Of a DNA stretch of 64,000 bases, positions 1 through 9,650 are shown in pieces. Position numbers and translations under genes: made by a program. Below the pieces are notes generated by a model. It was not told where the DNA came from. It was given only the letters and a program-made list of their open reading frames with translations, and ran no database searches. The stretch's first letter is position 1. Each line of letters begins with the position of its first letter. Source of the DNA: Elusimicrobiota bacterium. GTDB taxonomy: Bacteria > Elusimicrobiota > Elusimicrobia > UBA1565. The stretch lies in contig DMEZ01000072.1 of the NCBI GenBank assembly GCA_003450735.1, forward strand, positions 39,846-103,845, read 5' to 3'.

Positions 1-3000
1 GGACGCCGGAGAAATCCGCCTGGGTGGAGGCCTGGAGCAGGTAGCCTTCCGAGGTGTTGGAGGAGCCTTCCAGCGCCGCGCCCGGCAGGGGCACCCAGTT
101 CACCGTGACGCTGGTGATGAAGACGCTCGCGATGTCCGGCCCCGAGGCGGCGTTGGCGAGGGTCGAGGTGGAGGCGGGCCCGGCGGGCGCGGTGGAGGCC
201 TCGCCGTCCCAAAGGGCGCCGGTCCGGAGGAAATAGGTCGTGTTCGGCTCCAGCCCTTCGAGCGCCAGCGCCGAGAGCAGCCCGTTCGTCGTGGCGGAGG
301 AATGGACCGCCTGGGAGAAGTCCGCGTAGGTCGAGGCCTCGACCACGTACCCCGAGGCGCCGACGGGCCTGAAGGAGACCGTGAGGCTCGACAAGAACAC
401 GACCGAGGCCGCGCCCGCGCCTGGGGCCGGGCCGATCGGGGTCCGCGTCGAGAGCCCGCTTGTGAAGTTGAGCCGCTCGGTCCAGTTCCGGGTCCCCAAG
501 CGCAGATAGTACGTCTTCTGCGTCCAGAGGCCCGAGACGCTCAGGGTGCTCGACCAGGCGCTCGCCGATGCCGTCGAGAAGACCGTGCCGGAGAAATCGG
601 CCGCGGTGGACGCCTCGAGCAGGTAGCCTTCGCAGGTGTTGGACGACCCCGCCACCGACGGCGGCGGGAGCATGCTCCAGGAGGCCGTGAAGCTCGTGAT
701 GTGCGTCTGGAGCACCGCGAGGTTCGCCGCGAGGTTGGTCAAGGTCGCCGTCGAGAGCGGCGCCCCCGGGACGTAGCTCGGCGTCCCTCCCCAGAGGGCC
801 GCCGAGCGCAGGTAGTAGGTCGTGTTCGGCAGGAGGTCCCGGACCGTGAGGGTCTGGAGGAGCGCCGAGGGCGTCTCCGATGAGCGCACGGTCCCGCTGA
901 AATCGAGGGCCGTGGAGGCCTCGACGCGGTACCCGGTCCCATCCGTGAAGCCGTAGCTCACCGCGGCGCTCGACACGTACGCGTCCACGAGGGCCTGGAC
1001 CGCTGGAGCCGGCCCGCGCAAAGTCAAGGTGGAGCCCGCCGCCGCGAAGTGGGCCGCCCCGGGCCAGTTGAGCGTCCCGAGCCGGAAGTAGTTGGTCGTG
1101 TCGCCCGGCATGAAGCGGACGGTCAGCGTGGTCACCGCGACGTCGGTCGTGACGGAGGAGAACACCAGCCCCGTGAAATCCGCGGCCGTGGACGCCTGCA
1201 GGACGTAACCCTCCGACGTGCTCGTGGAGCCCGCCTGGGCGGCGGTCGGCATGGGGGTCCAGTGGAGGGTTGCGCTCGTGATGAACACCGCCGCGAAGCC
1301 GAAGCCCGAGGCGGGGTCGGGGAGCGTCGAGGAGGAGGAGGAGGCCCCGTAGCTGGTCGCGGCCCCCCAGAGGGCGCCGGCCTTGAAGTAGTAGGTCGTG
1401 TTGCGCTCGAGGGAATGAAGAGTGAGGCTGCCCGCGGACGCGCTCGCCGAGGAGAACACCGTCCCGCTGAAGTCCGCGGCGCTCGAGGCGCGGACCTCGT
1501 AGCCGTCCGCGCTCATGAGGCTGAAGCGCACGCTCAGGCTGGCCCCGAAGGCCTCGTACACGGCGGCGGTGTCCGGCGGCGGGCCGGGCGCCATCCAGGT
1601 CGAGTCGGCGGCCTCGAAGGAGGGGGTGCCGTTCCAGTTCAGCGTCGCCACCCGGAAGTAATAGGTGGTCTGGGTCGCCAGGCCGGAGAGCGTCAGCGTG
1701 CTCTGGAGGACGCTCTCCGTGGCCGAGGAGAAGACGACTCCCCGGAAGGCCTGGTCGGTCGAGCCCTCCAGGCGGTAGCCCTCGGCCGTGCTGGAGGAGC
1801 CGGCCTCCTCGGCGCTCGGCAGGCGGTCCCACGCGATCGCGGCGCTCGTGATGAAGACGCGGGCGAAGCGCAGGCCGGCCGGGAGGTTCGCGAGGGTCGC
1901 CGTCGAGCCGGCGACCGAGGCGTAGAGGGTGGTACCGCCCCAAAGCGCTCCGGCCCGCAGGTAGTAGGTCGTGTTCGGGAATACGGTCGGGCTCAGCTGG
2001 GCGGGGGAGGCCGGCGTCGCGGAGGAGTGCACCAACCCGAGGAAGGAGGCGTCCGTGGAGGCCTCCACCACGTAGCCGTCGGCGCCGACCGCGCCGAAGG
2101 AGACGGTGAGGCTCGAGACATGGACGGCCGCGGCCTGCGGCGAGCCGGGGACGGGGCCCGCCAGCATCAGCGCCCAGAGGCTGTCGTCGAAACCGGGGGT
2201 CGAGGCCCAGTTCAAGGTGCCGACTCGGAAGTAGTAGGTGACGCTGGAGGAGAGCCCGCTCAAGGTCAGGGTGCTCAGGGCGATGTTCGCCGTGAAGGAG
2301 GAGGTGAGCGTCCCGCTGAAGTCCGGCGCGCTCGACGCCTGGAGGACGTAGCCCTGCGCGCTGCTCGAGGAGCCTTCCTGGGCGGCCGAAGGCAAGGCGG
2401 CCCAGTTCAGGGTCGCGCTGGTGATGCCCAGCAGGGCCACCTGCTGGGCCCAGACGGCTCTGGCCAGGGTGGGAGTCGAGAGGCTGGAGGCGTAGCTGGG
2501 CGCCCCCTCCCATAGCGCCGCGGCCCGCAGGTAGTAGGTCGCGTTGGGATCGAGGCCCTGCACCGCCAGGGCGTTGACCCAGGGCGAGAGGGTCGTCTCG
2601 GAATGGAGCGTCCCCCTGAAGGCGGCGTCGGTGGAAGCCTCGAGGGCGTAGCCGGCCGCCCCGACGGTGGAGTAGGCCACCATCACGCTCGAGCGGTGCA
2701 CGGAGAACACGGAAGGGCTCCCGGGCGGAGGCCCGATCGCGGTGAGGGTCGAGCTGATGCTCGAGTGGTTCTCGCGCCCGCCCCAGTTCCGGACGCCCAC
2801 GCGCAGGTAGTAGGTGGTGTGGGTCGCCAGGCCGGTCAAGGTGAGGGTGCTCTGGAACACGCTCGGCGTGGCCGAGGAGAAGAGCACACCCCGGAAGGCG
2901 GGGTCGGTCGAAGCGCTCAGCAGGTAGCCCGAGCAGGAGCTCGAAGAGCCTTCCTCCTCGGCGGTCGGCAGGCGCCCCCACGATACGGTGAGGCTCGAGG

Positions 3001-6000
3001 GGAACACCTCGAGGGTGTGCCCCCCCAGGGCCAGGCGCGCCAAGGTCGAGGTGGAGCCCGGGACCGCGGCCGCGTAGGTGGTCACCCCGGACTCGAGGCC
3101 GCCGACCCGGAACCAGTAGGTCGTGTTCCGGTCGAGCCCGGTCACGGCGAGCGCGTTGAGCGCTGGATTGGGCGTCGCCGAGGAGGGCCCGGCGGCCTGG
3201 AAGTCCGGATCGGTGGACGCCTCGACGACGTAGGCCTCGGTCGCCACGGTCCCCCAGTTGAGCGTGACGCTGCTTTCGTAAACGGCCGCGACGACCGGGT
3301 CGGCGGGCGGGGTGCCCGCGACCGTCAGCGAGTCGACCGGAGAGGTGGGGTTCTCGGCCGAACCCCAGTTCAGGGAGTTGGCCCGGAAGTAGTAGTGGAC
3401 CCCGGCGCCCAGGCCCGCCACCGTCAAGGTGCTCAGGAAGACGTTGGGCGTCCAGGAGGATCGGACGATCCCGGTGAAATCGGGCGCGGTGGAGGCCTGC
3501 AGGAGGTAGCCCTCCGCCGTGCTCGCCTGCGGGCCCGCGGGCAGAGGCGCCCAGCTGAACGTGGCGCTGGTGTAGAACACGACCTGGGCCTGGAACCCCT
3601 CAGGGGCGTCGGCCAGGGTCGAGGCGGGCGCCGCGGCCGTCGAGTGGATGTAGGCCCCGTCCCACCAGGCCCCCGCCCGGAGATAGTACGTCGTATTGGC
3701 GTCGAGGCCCGTGAGGACCAGGGAGGCCAGCGACGGGCTCGCCGTGGCGGAAGAGACCAGCGTCCCGGTGAAGTCCGCCGCCGTGGAGGCCTCCGCGGAG
3801 TAGCCCGACGCGCCGACCGGCCCGTAGACGACGCTCATGCTCGTCAACGACACCTGAGCGGCGGCCGGCGCCAGCGGGCCCAGGCCCGGGGCCGTGCGGG
3901 TGGAGGTGGGCCCGACATAGCCGGGGCGATCGCCGAAGTTGAGCGTCCCCACCCGGAGGTAATAGGTCGTCCTCGTCGAGAGGCCGGACACGGTTAGGGT
4001 GCTCAAGGATACGTTGAGCGTCGCGGAGGAGTAGACCGCGCCGCTGAAATCCTCCTCCGGGGAGGCCTGCACCAGGTAGCCCGACGCCGAGCTCGACGAC
4101 CCTTCCGCGGCCGCGGCCGGGAGGGGCACCCAGCAGACGGTGAAGCTGGTCACGTGCACGGCCTTGAACTCGACCCCCGAGACCAGCCGAGCCTGGGTGG
4201 CGATCGACTCCGGGGTCGCCGCGGCGTAGGTGGTCGCCCCCGCCTTCACCGAGCCGGCGCGGAAATAATAGGTCGTGTTCGTGTCCAGCCCGAGGACCGC
4301 CAGCGAGCTCTGGGCCGGGTTCGCAGAGGCCGAAGAAAGGAACGCGCCGGTGAAGTCCGGGTCCGTGGAAGCCTCCACGACGTAGGCCTCCCCGTCGCTC
4401 AAACCCCAGGCCAGGGAGGCGCTGGAGTAGTAGACGGCGGTGACCGTGGGGTTGGCCGGCGGCGAGCCCCCCCTCGTCCAGGAGGAGACCCAGAGCTCGA
4501 AGTCGGGCGCCGACTGCCAGTTCAGCGAGCCGGCCCGGAAATAGTAGGTCGTGCCCGCGTTGAGGTTCCGCACCGTGAGGGTGCTCTGCGCGACGTCCGA
4601 GGTCGACGAAGAACGCACGATCCCGGAGAAATCGGGAGCGGTGGAGGCCTGGAGGACGTAGCCCTCCGCCGTGAAGGACTGTCCCGCGGATGCGTCGGGG
4701 AGGGCCGTCCAGTCGAGCGTCGCGCTGGTATAGTGCACGGCCACGAGGCGCAGGTCGCTGAGCGGCCGCGCCAGCGTCGAGCCGGGTGAGGCGGCAAGCG
4801 CCGCGACCTGCCCGTCCCAGAGCGCGCCCACCCGGATATAGTAGGTCGTGTTGTTCTGCAGACCGTCCACGATCAGGGACGCGCCCGCTCCGCTCTCCGT
4901 GGACGAGGAGAAGAGCGTCCCGCCGAAGTCCTGCGCGGTGGACAAATCGACCACGTAGACCTCCGCGCCCACGGGCGTGTAGGTCACGCTCATGCTGGAG
5001 CGGAAGGGGGCGCCCATGGCCGGGCTGCCCGGCGCCGGGCCGGCCACCGTCGCCGTCGATTCGCCGCCTGCGTAGTGGGCGCGCCCGTCATGGCCCAGCG
5101 TGCCGACGCGGTAGTAGTAGGTCGTGCGCGTGGACAGCCCCCCGACGCTGAGGGAAGCCTTCAGCGCGCTCGGCGTGGCCGAGGAGAAGACGGCCCCGCC
5201 GAAGTCGGCGTTCTGGCAGGCCTCCAGCAGGTAGCCTTCCGCCGTGTTCGAGGAGCCCGCCTCGGCCGCCGTCGGCAGGCGCGTCCAGGACACGGTGAAG
5301 CTGGTCGCGTAGAGCGCGGCCGTCTGCACGTTCGAGACCAGGTTCGCGAGGGTCGGCGAGGAGAGGAAGGCTCCGGCGTAGGTGGTCACCCCGTACTCGA
5401 GACCGCCCGCGCGGAGATAGTAGGTCGTGTTCGGATAGAGCCCGCCCACGCTCAGCGCGGCGAGCGCGGCGTTGGGGGTGGAGGAGGAGAGGAGGAGGGC
5501 CTCGAAGTCGGGGTCCGTCGAGGCCTCCACCACGTAGCCCTGCGTCGCGGCGGGCAGCCAGCTCACCGTGGCGCTCGAGAGCCCAGCGGCGGAGACGGCC
5601 GGGCTGCCCGGGGGGTTCCCGCCGGAGGTGCGGACCCAGCCGCCGGAAGCCGGGTTGGAGACCGACCCCCAGTTCAGGGACCCGACCCGGAAGTAATAGG
5701 TAGCGCCCGCGTTGAGGCCCCGCACCGTCAGGGTGCTCAAGGAGACGTTGGGCGTCCTGGACGAGCGCAGGAGGCCCGAGAAGTCGCCCGCGGTGGAGGC
5801 CTGCAGCAGGTAGCCCGACGCGGAGTTCGAGGAGCCCTGCTGGGCGGCCTCGGGCAGGGCGGCCCAGTTCAGGGTGACGCTCGTGTAGAAGACCGAGGCC
5901 TGCTGGACGCCGGAGGGAGCGTTGGCGAGGGTGGCCGCCGCCTGCGCGGAGGCGTAGCTGAAGGTCGAGCCCCAGACGGCGGCGGCGCGCAGATAGTAGG

Positions 6001-9000
6001 TGGTGTTCGGGTCGAGCCCCGCGGGGGAGAGCACGTCGAGCTCCGGGGAGGCGGTGGCGGAGGAGACGACCGTCCCCGAGAAGTCGGCGGCAGTCGAGGC
6101 GTCGACCCGGTAGCCGTCCGCGCTCACCAGGCCGTAGCTCACCGTGGCACTCGTGCGGTGCAGCGACGCGGCCGGAGCGGCGGGAACGGGGCCGTTGAGG
6201 GTAACGCGCGAGGAGAGGTTCCTGAAGTTCGCTCCGCTCGACCAGTCCAAGGTCGCCAGGCGCAGATAATACGTGGTCTGGACGGCCAGGCCCCGGAGCG
6301 TCAGGGCCGACGCGCTCACGTCCAGGGCGGCGCTCGAGAAGAGGACCCCCCTGAAGCCGGGGTCGGTGGAGGCCTGCAGGAGGTAGCCCTCCGCGCTGTT
6401 GGAGGAACCCGCCGCCGCCGCGCTCGGCAGGGGCGTCCACGCGGCCGTGATGCTCGTGATGAAGACGGAGAGCGCCGGCGTCCCCCCCACCGGGTTGGCC
6501 AGGGTGGAGCTCGAGAGCACGATCCCCGAGAAAAGGAGCGTCCCTCCCCAGTTGGAGGCCGCGCGCAGGTAGTAGGTCGTGTTCGGGAGCAGGTTCTGCG
6601 GGGCGAGCTGGATCGTCTGGCCCGAGGAGGCCGAGGAGAGCACGGTCGAGAAGTCCGCGGCGGTGGAAGCCTGGACGGCGTAGCCGTCGGCACCGACGGC
6701 GCCGTAGGAGACCGCGGCGCTCGAGAGCCCGATGCCCGCGAGCAGCGGGCTGGCCGGGGCGGGGCCCGCCAGGGTATGGAAGGTGAGCACACCCGGGAAG
6801 TTCGGGGTGCCGTTCCAGTTGAGCCCGCCGACGCGGTAGCGGTACTCCACGTCCGAGGCGAGCCCCGTGAGCGTCAGGGTGCTCAAAGAGACGCTCGGGG
6901 TAGCCGAGGACTTCACCCCGGAGGAGAAGTCGGAGGCCTGGGACGCCTGTAGAAGGTAACCCTCCGCCGTGTCCGCCTGCGGCCCGGCCGGGAGCGGCGT
7001 CCAGTTGAAAGTCGCGCTGGTGATGAAGATCGAAGCGGCCTGCGCGTTGGTCACGTCGGCGCTCAGCGTGGAGGTCGAGAGCGCGGACGCGTAGACCGTG
7101 CTCGTCCCCCAGAGGGCGCCGGCCCGGAAGAAATAGGTCGTGTTGGCCGCCAGGCCCGCGGGGGTGAGGCGGTCGGCCGAAGGGGAGAGGGAGGAGGCCG
7201 TGAAGAGCGTCCCGCTCAGGTCCGAGGCCGTCGAGGCGTCCACGGTGTAGCCGTCCGCGCTCACAAGCCCCCAGGCGATGGTCGCGCTGCTCTTGAAGGA
7301 GGCGTAGGCGGCGGGCGAGACCGGAGCGAGGCCGGCCAGGGTCGCGCCCGAGCCGGCTGGGACGAAGTTCGCCGCGCCGGCCCAGTTGAGCCCGCCGACC
7401 CGCAGGTAGTAGGTCTTGGAGGTCGAGAGCCCCGTCACGCTCAGCGTGCTCTGGCCCACGGCCGAGTTCCTGGACGAGAACAGCGCGCCCCGGAACAGGG
7501 AATCGGTGGAGGCCTGCAGGAGGTAGCCCTCCGAGGAGTCCGCCTGCGGCGCCGCGGGCAGGGCGTTCCAGTTCACCGTCACGCTCGTGAAGAAGATCCC
7601 CGCGCCCTGGGGATTGGCCGCGAGAACCGTCAAGGTGGGGGTCGACACCGGCGTCGTGAGGGCGTAGCTCGTGACCTGGGAGGCGATGGCGCCCGCCCGC
7701 AGGTAGTAGGTCGTGTTGGCGGAGAGGCCGGTCACGGTCAGGGGAGAGACGACGCCGTTCGCCGTGAAGAGCGTCCCGAAGAAATCCGGGTGGGTGGATG
7801 CCTGGACAAGGTAGTTGGGAGCTCCTGAGAGTCCGAAGGAGACGGTCGCGCTCGTCCGATAGACCGCCGAGGGGACTGGACTCAGGGGAGGATCGTTGCC
7901 GTTGGTCCGGGTCGAATAGACGGCCGTATAGAAGTTCGCCTGAGACTGCCAGTTCAGGGAGCACGCCCGGAGATAGTAGGTCGTGACGGCGCTCAACCCC
8001 TCGACCGTCAAGGTGCTCAAGGAGACGTTGGGGGTCGAGGAGGAATAGACGATCCCGCTGAAATCGCTCATCGTGGACGCCTGAAGGAGGTAGCCCTCCG
8101 ATGTGCTCGTGGAGCCCTGCTGATCCGCCGTGGGACGAGGGACCCAGTTCATCGTGACGCAGGTGGTGAAGTTGACGCCGTAGAGCTGCTCGTTCGACAC
8201 CGGGTTCGCCAGCGTGACGGCCGACCGGCTCGAGGCGTAAAGGATGTCGTAGCCCCACATGGCCCCGGCGCGGAGATAGTAGGTCGTGTTGGGATAGAGG
8301 TCCGATGGAGTGAGAGCCGCAAGGCCGGGGTTGTCCGTTGAAGTGGACGTCAGCGTCCCGCTGAAATCGGAGGCCGTGGAGGCTTGCACGACGTAGCCCG
8401 AGGCCCCGACGAGGCTGTAGGAGTAGGTGAGGCTCGAGTTGAAGACCCCGGTCACTTCCGTACTGGTCGGCGCGGAGCCGGTCAGGGTGATGGTCGACAC
8501 CAGGGGGGCGGTGCTGGACGCCGAAGCCCAGTTCAGCGAACCCACCCGAAGGTAATAGGTCGTCCTGCCCATGAGGCCTGTTAAAGTCAGGGTGCTCAGG
8601 TCCACGTTCATCGTCTTCGTCGAGAGAATCGTCGCGGTGAAGTCCGTCTTGCTGGAGGCCTCGAGCAGATAGCCCTCGCAGGACATGCTCGCGAGGGCCA
8701 TGTCCGTGTTCGGCAAGGGCACCCAGTTCACGGTCATGCTCGTCCCGTATACCCTATCGACCTGGAGTCCCGTCGGAGGGAGGGCGAGCGTGGACGTGCT
8801 GAAGGGGGCGACGTCCGCGAAGTTCGTGGCTCCCATATTGATCGCCCCGATCCTCAGGTAGTAGGTGGTGTTGGGGAAAATAGTCGATGTGGGGCTATTG
8901 ACGAGGGAGAGCCGGGTCAGGAACGTGCCGGAGGTGGCCGAGGTGCGGATGTGCTGAAAATCCTGGTCGGTGGAGCCTTGCAGGACGTAGCCCTCCGCCA

Positions 9001-9650
9001 CGACCGCGAGGTAGCCCACCTGGATGGTTCCGGTCGAGACCCCTCGGACCGTGGGCAGACCCGGGGGCGGCACCCCGTTGGAGAGGGTGACGCCCGAGCC
9101 GCCGCCGACGTGGTTGGGAACGCCGCTCGCGTTCAGGCCGCCGGCCCGGAAGTAGTGGGTCTTGTTGGGGTTGAGCCCATACACCGTCACAGTGCTGACC
9201 AGGGGGTCCTGACTCACCGCCACGGAGGTGAGGCCGCTGAAATCCGGGGCGGTGGAGGCCGCGAGCTGGTAGCCGAAGGACGAATCCTTCTGGGGCGCCG
9301 GGGACAGGGCGTTCCAACAGAGGGTCGCGCTCGAGATGTGGACGGCCTTGATCTCGATGTTCGCGACCTCGCGGGTCAGCGTCCCCAGGTTCGTCGGGTC
9401 CGTGCTCTGATAGTAGGTCGTGCCTCCCCAGACCGCCCCGACCCGGTAGTAGTAGAGGGTGTTCTGGTCGAGGCCTTGCAAGGAGAGGCGCTCGAGCGCG
9501 GGGTTGTCCGTCGAAGAGGAGAAGCGGGTGCCGCTGAAGTCCGCCATGGTCGAGGCCTGCGCGACGTAGGCCACGGCGTCCGTGAGCTCGTAGGTGAGGG
9601 TCACGCTCGTCTTGGCGAGCGCATAGATGCTCGGGGAATCCGGAGGGCCC
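1..9650 (-). repeat. Intragenic tandem array: 17 di-domain units (two alternating FN3-like flavours), spacing 564-591 bp, mean about 576 bp (about 192 aa)
   Basis: The invariant Trp codon of the A-type unit (plus-strand cca inside ...cccagttcaccgtgacgctggtgatgaa...-like strings) recurs at 95, 677, 1259, 1829, 2402, 2978, 3551, 4130, 4709, 5285, 5864, 6437, 7001, 7568, 8144, 8723 and 9314. Every spacing is a multiple of 3. The array continues past the left edge. Confidence 0.85.

Noticed and set aside
1049-8258. Long tracked ORFs across the FN3 array (+ 1049..2515, 2603..3997, 5075..6952; - 5088..8258 of 1056 aa; and many shorter ones)
   Set aside because: Their translations are Arg/Gly/Pro/His-rich low complexity, typical of off-frame or antisense reading of GC3-rich genes. 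All are fully overlapped by the in-register FN3 frame, which has coherent domain periodicity.
1-9650. Recurrent (D/E)-x-N-T-T in the B-type FN3 units as bacterial N-glycosylation sequons
   Set aside because: In most units x is Pro (DPNTT, EPNTT), which is excluded in the PglB-type sequon. PNTTYY is simply the common FN3 F-strand/tyrosine-corner motif. There is also no oligosaccharyltransferase in the window.
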